Translations under genes and position numbers: made by a program
Part shown: in pieces, positions 1 through 11,000 of the stretch
Layout of the letters: each line of letters begins with the position of its first letter
How positions within the stretch are numbered: position 1 is the stretch's first letter
Notes under the pieces: model-generated
The model's database searches: none
What the model was told of the DNA's origin: nothing
The model's input: the letters and a program-made list of their open reading frames with translations, nothing else
DNA from: Tubulanus polymorphus
Lineage: Eukaryota > Animalia > Nemertea
NCBI RefSeq assembly: GCF_964204645.1
Contig: NC_134032.1
Coordinates: forward strand, 14,372,275-14,436,274
Length of the DNA: 64,000 nucleotides
Direction: 5' to 3'

Positions 1-510
1 CAGTAGACTCCGTTCAAGCCACAACAAAAATTCGGAGTTGGATGATACAGCAGACTCCGCCTAAGTCAGATCTTTTGACTAGAGAGTGATATCTCATTGG
101 GACGGTACAGAATCTGCTCAAGTCAGATCCACAGGGGCTTGTATTTGAAGTTTGGGGGTGAATTGTAGCTTAGATCATTCAGTATCCCTGGTACCGGTAC
201 TATATATATAAAAAGAATTATAGTACCAGAGATACTGGATGATCTAAGCTACAGTTCACCCCCAAACTTCAAATACGAGCCCCTGTGGTTGGATCTTTTG
301 ACTAGAGAGTGATATCCGAGATGGATGATACAATAGACTCTGTTCAAGTCAGATCTTTTGACTAGAGAGTGATATCTGAGTTGGATGATACATTAGACTG
401 AACTCAAGTCAGATCTTTTGAGTTGAGAGTGATATCTGAGTTGGATGATACATTAGACTCAACTCAAGTCAGATCTTTTGAGTTGAGAGTAATATCTGAG
501 TTGGATGGAA
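1..510. repeat. 60-bp tandem repeat in an EXOSC6 intron
   Basis: gatcttttg recurs at 292, 352, 412 and 472; diverged copies occur from position 1. Confidence 0.85.
129..288. mobile_element. Near-palindromic (foldback) MITE-like insertion in the 60-bp array
   Basis: ccacaggggcttgtatttgaagtttgggggtgaa... pairs with ...ttcacccccaaacttcaaatacgagcccctgtgg over ~65 bp; no clear TSD. Confidence 0.65.
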
Positions 511-550
511 TAGTGTTAATGGGATCTACTGACTAATTAGAGAGACTTAC

Positions 551-981
551 ACGGCACACATGACTTTAGTTTGACCGATTTCAATGTAAGCCGAACCTTT
601 TGCTTTACTGATCACTCCCGCTTGTACAACTACAATATAGAAACATCAACAAATAGCAAACTTTTCAGCAAAAACTGCTTTGAGTTTTCTTGAGCTTGTC
701 ATGACATTAGTGTTTTCAGGAAACTTACAAACGGGTCGAAGTTGATCGTGATTTCTGTCGTCAGCTCTTCGACCGTTTTCATCTAGTAGAGTCTGAAACA
801 TAGTTATTGTGGATTTTTCGTTTTCTTTTTGAATTTCGCTTGAACAGCTGTTGAATTGAAATGAATCGAAATCGAACAAATAAATATTTACATGTTTTGA
901 GTCGATGTCAACTCCGACTGCAAACTTTGGCGGATAGAAAGTTTCCTCTGGACCGTTTATTCTTCTTGTATCACCAGGCAT
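551..981 (-). CDS. EXOSC6: Exosome complex component MTR3 (RNase PH-like), 5' part; exons 892-981, 729-792, 551-629; gene continues beyond the window start
   Basis: Spliced translation MPGDTRRINGPEETFYPP...SKH/TLLDENGRRADDRNHDQLRPV/FVQAGVISKAKGSAYIEIGQTKVMCAV matches the EXOSC6 N-terminus (human MPGDHRRIRGPEESQPP...[24 protein letters not shown]). GT-AG junctions keep frame (phases 0 and 1). Confidence 0.92.
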
Positions 982-1256
982 TGTCGTGTTTAGTTTTATT
1001 TCGGTCGTGTAACTACTAAAATTATTCAGTGTCTATTTAGTGTTGTGTTAAATCGTGGTGATCATGGGGGCTGACATCTTTGATTCCGCCACTTTCGGGC
1101 TCGAATCCCGACTTTAAGTACGCTAGCGAATAATCTTATTTTCAATTTACCAATACGAATAAGATTTCAGGTGCGTAACCACCATCTAGTTTATTTGTTT
1201 GATATCTTAATAACATGATGAATTGTGAAATTCACTGCGGCTTATCCAGTTTGTTA

Positions 1257-1407
1257 ACCGTCAAGTGCTGCCTCTATAAATATCGTTGACGGTGAATTTG
1301 TGAACTAACTTATCATTATCACCCGCATGCCACAGTAGGAACACTGGGTTATGAGTTAGTTCACATATTCACCGCTTATGTTATACATAGCGGCAGCACT
1401 AGACGGT
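1257..1407. mobile_element. Small foldback MITE-like element
   Basis: accgtcaagtgctgcc ... ggcagcactagacggt, plus inner pair ggtgaatttgtgaactaact / agttagttcacatattcacc. Confidence 0.55.
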
Positions 1408-1711
1408 CAAAATCCGGCAGCGGGATTATCTGAAGGTTCGAACACTATCGAGAGAGCGATAACCCATTATCCAGTTTCATAGAACTAGAAAGGTTTACAG
1501 TAGACTACGCCCTATTACTCAGACATATCCGTCTCGGAGTTCAGAGTAACTCGGAAATAACGAAATCATTGATAGCGGCTTCCTAACTATGAATTCCATG
1601 ATATCATGCTTCAGTGTTTGAGTACCTCGGGCCAACTTGCTGGTCGTCTAGTCCGGTCAAGATCGGTGACGTTTACCGCAATTTCTTCGATTTTAATGTA
1701 ATGAAATTGAT

Positions 1712-1795
1712 ATACAGTGGAACCTCGTTACAGCGAACTTCAAGGGACCAGAAAATCTGTTCGTTTTAACCGATAGTTCGTTATATCCAGTACTA
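1712..1795 (+). mobile_element. Tc1/mariner (pogo/Tigger-like) MITE end
   Basis: TA-CAGTGGAACCTCGTTACAGCGAAC terminus; same family as 18400-18840 and 19168-19325. Confidence 0.6.
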
Positions 1796-2091
1796 AATCA
1801 ATTGAATTTTCTATATATTAAGATTTTATTTATATATTTAAGATACAATATTCAATAAAATTACTACAAATGAAAGATACACTGCTTAGATAATATCTAA
1901 GCAGTCGATTCCAGAAGGGTAGCATTTGTGACATTGTAAAGGGAAAAAATCTATTATAATTTATTATTAGTTAAAAACAAACACGATTCTAATCGATATA
2001 ATATCTCATTAGCATAATATATAAGCAAAATTATAGTATTATCACGGTTGGCACTTAAGCATGGTATTATTATGACATGTCGTTATAGTAG

Positions 2092-2841
2092 TTACTGGTC
2101 AGCCCTGATTGGTATCACCTGCCACAGTTCAGCATATCCAAATAGAACTTCGCTATAAACTGTCGGTTCATACCAAATTCTCTCCAATCGCAAGTTCGCT
2201 TTCAGCGCTTTTTCGTTGAGGACATCCATAAATCCAACATGGTTTCCGTAACTAAAAACAGCCCTCCCGCCCGGGCGCAGGTGGCCGTGTGCTTCGGTTA
2301 TGAAACGACAGATAGCCTCGTAACCGGGATCAGTAATACTACGGTCCAGTATGTTCAACTGTCCAGCCTTTTCGATTGGTTGATAAAGATTAGGAGTATG
2401 CCAGAAAATCAAATCAAACTTTTCATCTTCGCGAATATTTTCGTAAACGTCGGAATATCGCACGTCTCCCGGGACGGCGTAACGCTCAAAATTCACTTTA
2501 GTATTCTCTAAAGCTTGTCGGTTGATGTCGGTCGCCAACACGTAACTGAGCTTCGATTTATTGCGTAAATAATGTACGACGCTCATGCAACCAGTTCCGC
2601 ATCCGATTTCTAACATTCTAGCGCCCTCTACTGTCTCTTGCGGTAGATTCAGCGCCATCGAATTTACACCGCTGCGATGGTACACGTTTTGAAAATTAAC
2701 GAATTTCTCACCACAATATTCAAACTCACGTCGACCTCCGTTGTCTGCAATCAACTTCTGTTTCGATTCTTGCAGACGCTTGTATTCTGCGAAAATCGTG
2801 TTAGTTTTGTCCAATTTTTCTTGACCCGAAGGAGTCGCCAT
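2092..2841 (-). CDS. Intronless class I SAM-dependent methyltransferase (HemK/PrmC/MTS-like), 249 aa
   Basis: Motif I LEIGCGTG, post-I LATDINRQAL, motif IV FDLIFWHTP, and LRPGGR. First ATG at 2841 in aaaATGG context; the track start at 2856 is TTG. Confidence 0.85.
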   Translation of the reverse strand: MATPSGQEKLDKTNTIFAEYKRLQESKQKLIADNGGRREFEYCGEKFVNFQNVYHRSGVNSMALNLPQETVEGARMLEIGCGTGCMSVVHYLRNKSKLSYVLATDINRQALENTKVNFERYAVPGDVRYSDVYENIREDEKFDLIFWHTPNLYQPIEKAGQLNILDRSITDPGYEAICRFITEAHGHLRPGGRAVFSYGNHVGFMDVLNEKALKANLRLERIWYEPTVYSEVLFGYAELWQVIPIRADQ

Positions 2842-2976
2842 TTTCTTCGTCAACAATTTCTCTCAGCAGCGAATTGCACTATCATAGACGGTATGCACGC
2901 TATTAGAGAAAAGACCACGAAACACAGAAAAAAAACTTTTAGAGGATTTTGACGACGTTTCAGATCAAATGTTACA

Positions 2977-3096
2977 TATAAGCCGTTACAATTGCTATAA
3001 GCCGTTACAATTGCTATAAGCCGTTACAATTGCTACATATAAGCCGTTACAATTGCTATAAGCCGTTACAATTGATACAAGCCGTTACAATTGCTA
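2977..3096. repeat. 19-bp tandem repeat (tataagccgttacaattgc, ~6 copies) just upstream of the methyltransferase
   Basis: Direct reading. Confidence 0.9.
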
Positions 3097-3155
3097 CACA
3101 TAACCATTTATTAATGACGTGTTACTAAGTAACGAATGATGCAGGGTCAATTACT

Positions 3156-3356
3156 GGACCCGATTCAACTTGCTGTCCCGTGAGGGAACCCGGTTCAAGA
3201 TGCTGTCCCGTGATAGGACCCGATTCAACTTACTGCCCCTTAAGAGTACCCGATTTTAAATACTTTGAGAGGACCTAATTTTAAATACTTTGAGAAGACC
3301 TGATTTTTAACACTGTCTCGTGAGAGGACCCAATTTTTAATACTGTCCCGTGAGAG
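3156..3356. repeat. Degenerate ~30-bp tandem repeat (ggacccgattcaacttgctgtcccgtgaga)
   Basis: g(g/a)accc recurs at 3156, 3186, 3216 and onward. Confidence 0.7.
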
Positions 3357-4244
3357 GCTATCGGTATGACTCTCCTCAAAGCATAAACAAATCGTATATT
3401 ATGTGAAATGATGTTCAGTTATTTATTTATCAAAATCTGTAAACCATATTACATTCGAAGACTATTATTCATATTTGAACATAAACAAGATACGTTGGAA
3501 TTCGAAATTATTAATTGAGCATTTTAGATTACTAAATCTTTGTCACCAAACTAAAATATTACCTATCATTTGATTATTAATTATCACTTTACACGGTAAA
3601 AAAGGTTATCATCTTTCAACTCTTTCATATTTCCCCTTTTACACTTCTGCAGTATTACAATGTCAATCCAATGATGTATATGTTGAACATTAAGGATCAA
3701 TAAAGTTATTTTGAATTTGAGTATAATCTTTGAACCAAAAATTATCGATTTCCTATTGGATGACAGAAAACGCCTTGTCTGTAAAGACACTTTAGAAAAA
3801 AAAAACATTTAACACGGAGTAATGGACATACACAAGATAAGACACCGACAACAAACACAGGTAGATAAAACGATCCACTAATCGACTACAATTTACAAAA
3901 CCATCGCGGCCCAGGCTGGGATCTTTCAACCATCATTCATAACGTCTGAAACATCATTGCAAACAACTTCTATAGGCTACTACACACATCTATTAGAATA
4001 CTGGACAGCATTTCAACTATTCAAACATCCATGTGACAATCTGATTCCGCTAGATTCAGCCACAGCACGAACCCAAGCCGCAATGGTCGTGGCCCACAGG
4101 TACATGCGCAGGTTTGCCGCAAGAAATCTTGCCGCAGCGATCAGTTTGCCCGATGAATGATCACCGGTAAAATATAAAACGAAAACCAGAATATTTTGCT
4201 ATTTCTCGGAAAACCGGTCAGTCCACGTCGATGTCCCACTGCAC

Positions 4245-5120
4245 AGTAGCTACATCTGATAGATCCTCACTTGCCTGCCACGAGTGGAATCATAACTAGC
4301 CGCAGTAGCTGATGTCCACATGCACACTAGCTTCATCTGATAGATCCTCACTTGCCACGAGTGGGATCATAACTAGCCGCAGTAGCTGATGTCCACATGC
4401 ACACTAGCTTCATTTGATAGATCCTCACTTGCCACGAGTGGAATCATTACTTGCCGCAATAGCCGATGTCTAAATGCGCACTAGCTTCATCTGATAGATC
4501 CTCACTTGCCACTGGTGGAATCATCACTTGCCGCAATAGCCGATGTCTCCATTCGCACTAGCTTCGTCTGATAGATCCTCACTTGCCACTGGTGGAATCA
4601 TCACTTGCCGCAATGTCTACATGCACACTAGCTTCGTCTGATAGATCCTCACTTGCCACTGGTGGAATCATCACTTGCCGCAATAGCCGATGTCTACATG
4701 CGCACTAGCTTCGTCTGATAGATCCTCACTTGCCACTGGTGGAATCATCACTTGCCGCAATAGCCGATGTCTACATGCGCACTAGCTTCGTCTGATAGAT
4801 CCTCACTTGCCACTGGTGGAATCATCACTTGCCGCAATAGCCGATGTCTACATGCGCACTAGCTTCATCTGATAGATCCTCACTCGCCACTGGTGGAATC
4901 ATCACTTGCCGCAATAGCCGATGTCTACATGTACACTAGCTTCATCTGATAGATCCTCACTTGCCACTGGTGGAATCATCACTTGCCGCAATAGCTGATG
5001 TCTAAATGCGCACTAGCATCTGATAGATCCTCACTTGCCACTTGTGGAATCATCACTTGCCGCAAAAGCCGATGTCTACATGCACACTAGCTTCGTCTGG
5101 AAGATCCTCACTTGCCACTC
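4245..5120. repeat. 77-bp minisatellite, ~11 copies
   Basis: atagatcctcacttgccactggtggaatcatcacttgccgcaatagccgatgtctacatgcgcactagcttcgtctg; period 4641 to 4718. Confidence 0.92.
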
Positions 5121-5443
5121 GAGGGGAATCCTCGATTCAGAATGTTATACGTACCGGCAACCGTTGATCGTACTTCTAACTGTAATACTAGAACAGATAT
5201 CAAACAGACACATAAAATCTAGAGATATAAACCAAACTTTTAGAAATATCAAACTTTCATATTCCAACGCTCGTGATTGTTAAGGGCCTTTATACCTCGG
5301 GGTAAAACAAAATATACACTAGCGCGCAGTCGCTTTACAAATCACTACCTGCTACTGAAAATTGGTGTGTGCTGACGCCGGGAGGTTTAGGCGGATGATA
5401 TTTCAGAGTCGAGTTGAATTGGGCGTGAGGAGCCGCTAGACGA

Positions 5444-6580
5444 ATGATGAACGATTCAAACACTTCGACCGTTCTGTCAACTACTGTTACTACCACCACA
5501 AAACCAGTCTATCATGGAGTTTGCGATTGGGCCAAGGCCAACATGCCGATCCGCTGGGAATATAAAATCAGCGTTTATCTGTACATTTTCTTTTACGGAC
5601 CCGTCACGATATTGGGCATCACTTTGAATGTCATCACGATTTTAGTCTTGAAAAAGATGAACAAAGATGTTTACTATTTACTCAAAGTTCTCGCTATTTT
5701 CGACATATGTTATTCAATAAGTGTGTTCGCCATGTACCCTCTACGCGCCATTCACCTCTTTGTACATTTAGGGGAAACAGTCTTGCGTATGGATGACTGG
5801 TATTTTGGCTGGGAATTTATAGTTGTCGCGATAGGACCGTTTTACATGTTTCAACAGACCAGAAACTGGTGCGTTGTTCTTATCAGTTTAGAAAGACTCG
5901 TAATTACAATTTTCCCGTTAAAATCGAGATTGTTCTGGACGCGAAAAGTAGTGAATTGTATCATATTATTGTTAAATGTTTTCAGTTTTTTATTTTTCCT
6001 TCCGATATTCATTCCGGACCGAGCTCTTGTTCCGACAAGATGTTCGCTCAACTACTCTCCGACTTTTGAACGAGGCAGGGCATTTGGTCTCATAGGGCCA
6101 ATTCTCTCTCATTGGAAGGGTCTCGCAGACGGCTGGGAGAGCACTGTATTAAGTGTCGTCGCTCCTATGATCGCGCTGTTTGTCGTGAACGTCATTTTGA
6201 TTTTGGCGTTGATTGTGATCAAATTTTCACGAATTGGTAAAAGTCGTTCAGCAATAAAGAATCAAACTTCCAACACGTTAGAGTTACGCGCATTGAGAAT
6301 GTCGTTTGCTCTTGTTGCTGTTTTCATCGGGTGTGAATCATTGATATTCATAGAAAGGATGCAGCGAGCTGGATTTCCTATTCCAGTCACTCTTATAGGT
6401 AATTTAAACCATTATGAGACGCGGATGGTTCAGCGAAAGATCGCTATCGGTTTAACTGTAGTTGATTCGTGTATGAACTTTTTAGTCTATTGTTTGTCAA
6501 ACAGTAAATTCAGACTCGCTGTTGTTCAAGTGAGCACACAGAAATGCAAACCCTGCCAGAAACGAACATTCGGCGAATAA
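5444..6580 (+). CDS. Intronless class A (rhodopsin-like) GPCR, FMRFamide/peptide-receptor-like orphan, 378 aa
   Basis: Seven hydrophobic segments; TM1 GITLN, TM2 LKVLAIFD, TM3 SLERL..I.FP, TM7 DSCMNFLVYCLSNSKFR; N-terminal N-glycosylation sequons. Confidence 0.9.
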   Translation: MMNDSNTSTVLSTTVTTTTKPVYHGVCDWAKANMPIRWEYKISVYLYIFFYGPVTILGITLNVITILVLKKMNKDVYYLLKVLAIFDICYSISVFAMYPLRAIHLFVHLGETVLRMDDWYFGWEFIVVAIGPFYMFQQTRNWCVVLISLERLVITIFPLKSRLFWTRKVVNCIILLLNVFSFLFFLPIFIPDRALVPTRCSLNYSPTFERGRAFGLIGPILSHWKGLADGWESTVLSVVAPMIALFVVNVILILALIVIKFSRIGKSRSAIKNQTSNTLELRALRMSFALVAVFIGCESLIFIERMQRAGFPIPVTLIGNLNHYETRMVQRKIAIGLTVVDSCMNFLVYCLSNSKFRLAVVQVSTQKCKPCQKRTFGE

Positions 6581-8057
6581 TAATAGGAAAGCACATCTTT
6601 ACGATTCATCGTATGATCGTATGGTCGTTATCTATAATCGCATGATATTTTCGTATCATCGTAAAGTTGTGCTGTGGCATCCGGCACCGATTTCATCGCA
6701 ACATCGCAACATCGCAACATCGCAACAAATCAAACAAGTTTGATATATTCATGCGAAAATTAAACGTGCGCGGACTATACGCTGCGGATATTCTGAACGA
6801 AAATTTTCAGTGGCTAGGATGAAACAGCCATTTCAGACATGAACTATCTGAAGATGCAACCGAACTTTTGATGGTGATATAAGGTGGCGTCGCTGAATAA
6901 ACCGCCATTTTCATCCATATCCCGTCCTTGCTCGTTCTGAAAACTATAATTGTTTGATTCGGATTTACAGTTGTTGATGTGATGTCACACATGCACAGAC
7001 TAGCGGCACCTAGATGGATACTCACTTGCCACGAGTCGGAATCCTCATCTGATACTACTGAAAATGGGAATGTACCCCACTTACCCACTGGTCATGCCAC
7101 TGGTTCAAATACACACTAACTGTTATGACCGGCGACCCACGTAACGTGGTCAAATATCAAATTTATGAATATTTACTTTTTCATTTCAAATATTTCTTTC
7201 ATTCAGTGTCATTGCCGAAGCAAGTGACAGTTCCTTGGCGGATATTCAATTACTGGCCGATTTATCAGGTAAACCTGAAGTGGTCAATTTGGCCGCTGGG
7301 CACCAAAGACAAACTCATAAAAAGCTAAAAACCCACTATCTACAGATTAAATGAATTTAAAAACACAAGGATTTATTTATTCAATCTAAAATGTATAGAA
7401 TACTCGACGTTTCAATCTATCATCGCAGTGTCACGGGCGCGGGATATATTTTACATTTCGCATATTTTATTTGCAAATATTCTCTATTCCTATGTTATCC
7501 ATTATAAAAGCGATTTTAAATGTATGTCCACTCTTTTACTGTTTTCCTTGTCTTTTGATGTTAATATTTTATTGCATGTCATTTCCTATTGAACTTGTGT
7601 ATTATATGGAGCAATAAAATTAAAGTTCAAGTTCAAGGTTGCCTCGATGTGGATATTATCGGAGCTACCCATTTCTCGTATATTAGCGTCCCTGGCAATC
7701 GAAGACAAATCTCGTTGGTCAAACTGTATAGAAATTTATCCAAAAAAAATTGTAAAAACTCCTTGAATAAATCTTTAAAAAAATTAAAGTGATCTTTAAA
7801 TTAAATGTTATTTTAAGATATTTCATGTGTTTAGTTTTCAAATGAAATAGTAGAGACAGTTTCTAATAATACGATATAAAAATATTTAATATAGTGAGAT
7901 ATATTGCTATATTGAGACCAATTATTCCAATATGGAGTCAGTTTGACATATTTTTTGACATAGACATGTACTTTCTTGTTGTGAATTAATCTCTAGTTCT
8001 CAGCCACGAATCGTCCACAATCGATCAGAAAACTTTAAAACAGCAAAAAGGGATAAA

Positions 8058-11000
8058 ATGTCATCAGCTGCAACCGCTTCGAAATCGGCATCTTTTACAT
8101 CTTCATCGTGTGAAGAGGATGAAGAGATGACGATGATAGCGGGTGAAGATGCCAGTCAGTTGGCGTTCACTGCGATTAGTATGATGCTCAATAATAACAT
8201 GAATGAAGCAGAAAAACTGTTCGAAAAATACAAGTAAGTTTAGAAATGGATTAGCCATATTTTTGATGTCACAATTAGATAGTGCGTTTGAGAGTAGTTA
8301 GTTACCTAATCGTTGGTGGTAAGCTTTTTATTTAGTTAGTTACCTAATCGTTGGTGGTGGTAAGCTTTTTATAATCGGATGGGCTTATACCAACGTGGTT
8401 TGTGAAAATATCCGATCGTGAAACTAAACCACAGACAGGTTACTGACTAGTTTGAGAGGGGCCCGAAATGGAGGTATCGTCGGGCGGTTGGGCCGGGGCG
8501 GGGTCCATCGATCAGCGGGCTGCTTTCTTGAGAAATAAATTTGGGTAAAAGTGCAGATCCGCACCTCTCGTGATTGAAGCAATCTGCTACTACAATCTTT
8601 CTACTCTCTCTAGTGAAGATAGCTTAAAATTAGCCAATGGCAATGTACTGAATTGCTGATGAAATTTTGAATCTGAAACAATGATATTTAATGTAATTGA
8701 TTGAACCGTTTACGCGGAGAAGTGCGGATCTGCACTTTTACCTAAATTTGAACTTCAACTCGAACCTCCTCCTCGAACCTCCTCTACTAGCCAGGGCTAT
8801 TATGGGTCCAGAGAGCATAACCCTTTCAATGCTGACAAACTAATACCCAAAAGTTCTGGAGTTACTGAATTTTAGGCATTACCCCAGCATGGTGTATCAT
8901 TAGTAACTAATGATTTTAACCGTGTTTGGTTGGTGCTGCCATCTTTCATTAGAGATGAAAACAAATTGTTTGTTTCGCTTTCAGAGATAAAAGTCCTCTG
9001 ATGAGCGCTGGTAGCAGTTTCGTCGCTTTCATGGTAAGAAATGGCGCCATCTCTCCTCCTACTCTTTATTTCCCTTCCTCTCTACTTCCCTTGTACCATC
9101 ATAGTTCTAATTGTGGGCTGCGTTGCCGCTTATGAGGACCAAGAAAGTAGAGAACACGTCTTTACTCATCATTCAGCATCACCTAACTTCATTTTCTCAT
9201 GAACTACACTTAATGGGAGTCAAAACATGATAATTACACAGATCCATCGTCTTGACAGCTACAATTAAGAAAAATACTTCTGGGCCCAGTTTCACGAAAA
9301 AGTTTAAGCCTAAAACGGTTAAGTTTGAATTGCTGTCCTCATTGAAAACATGAAGTTACCAATGGCATTTTTATTCTGGGCCCAGCTGTTGCCGACACGA
9401 ATGCATATTTTCAGAAAAAAATTCATTTTGATTTTTCTAGCAAGCGGTGATGTCGTTCGAGGACGAGAAACTCGCCGAGGCGATGCTGCGCTTACAAGAG
9501 ACTGAAAACCGTTGCAGCAGCAAGGGAGGATGGTTTAAATCATTTAAAACTAAATTCAAACGCAAAGAGGTTTGTATTAAACTAGTGACACCTGGTGGAT
9601 CCTCACTCGCCACATATGGAATCCTATATTGCCGCAGTAGTTGATATCCTACTGCACACTAGTGACACCTGGTGGATCCTCACTTGACACAAGTGGAATC
9701 CTCTATTGCCGCAGTAGCTGATGTCCTACTGCACACTAGCAACACTGTTGGATCCTCTCTTGCCACTAGTGGGATGCTCTTTTGCCACAGTAGTTGATGT
9801 CCTACTGCACACTAGCGACACCTGGTGGATCCTCACTCGCCACAAGTGGAATCCTCTGTTGTTGCAGTTGATGTCCTACTTCATACTAGGGACACCAGGT
9901 GAATCCTCACTTGCCAGTGGACTCCTCTATTGACGCAGTATTTATAATCCTATGCACAAGCGACACCTGGTGGATGCTCACTTGCCACATAAGCATCGGT
10001 GTATCCACATATTGTAAAATCCCTGGACCCAGTTCCACAGTCATGAGTTAGAGTTAACTCTGAGTTAAAGTTGGTTCATTTTCAATGAGGCTCAGAGATA
10101 AATCTTAACTCAGAACTGTGGAACTGGGTCCTTAGTTCTAGATAACTCTTGGGTTAGAGTTAGTTCATTTTCAATGAGTTAACTCCGAGTCAAATCTTAA
10201 CTCACAACTGTGGAACTGGACCCTGATTTTTAATTTCAGAATTGTGATGAGAATTTAGAACAGAGACTTCAATGTCAGATAATTGTAGCCGACAGTCAGT
10301 TGTATCAGGCGGTTCTAACGTTTATCAATCAGGATGTCGCTAGTTATATTAAAGGCGGTTGGATTCTACGCAAGGCGTGGAAAATCTACGATAAAACGTA
10401 CCACGAAATCAAACAGCTTTACGACAACATCGTCCATGACAACCAGTCGACTAATGGTCGACGTAAGTCGTCGACCGGTTTGAAACCGGTCGACGCGACC
10501 GTTAACTCGAACCGCGGTTCGCAATCTTTGAACGATATTAAGAATTTCGATGGTAATTCCGTCTGTTCGGACTACGGCGCGGACGCGATGACCGGCAGAC
10601 GAGATTCGGACTACGGCAGACGCGATTCGAACGTGAGTTTAAATTCGCAATCGTCGACCGATTCTCAACCGAGGCGATTACCGAGGATAAACTCGTTGCC
10701 GCACGGCGACGACCTGCCGGTGATTGTTGATGAACTCGGTAACGCTCTGACGGAAGATACGGTCGCTAGGTTGATGGGAGCGGTTAGTTTCGGTTACGGT
10801 ACGTTTCAGCTGTGTTTGTCGCTGATTCCGCCGAAGATTCTACGCATTATTGAATTTCTCGGGTTCGAAGGCGATCGAGATATCGGACTGCGAGCGATGG
10901 AATTCTCCAGTCACAGCAAGGATATGAAAGCTCCTTTATCCACGTAAGAGATTTATTATAGATTTATTTTCTCACCTTTTACAGGGTCCCTACGACTTCT

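Noticed and set aside
646-981. 111-aa ORF as a complete protein
   Set aside because: It reads through intron 1 (793-891) and into intron 2 of EXOSC6; the spliced model fits the family better.
2239-2952. Plus-strand ORFs overlapping the methyltransferase
   Set aside because: Antisense shadows with no motifs.
7325-7430. Penelope-like terminal repeat remnant (related sequence at 32620-32710)
   Set aside because: The two copies are similar, but there is no RT or GIY-YIG coding sequence and no intact ribozyme, so the family cannot be assigned.
8655-8700. Hammerhead ribozyme core (CTGATGA...GAAAC)
   Set aside because: Stems II and III cannot be formed convincingly; the same applies to the CTGATGA near 45605.
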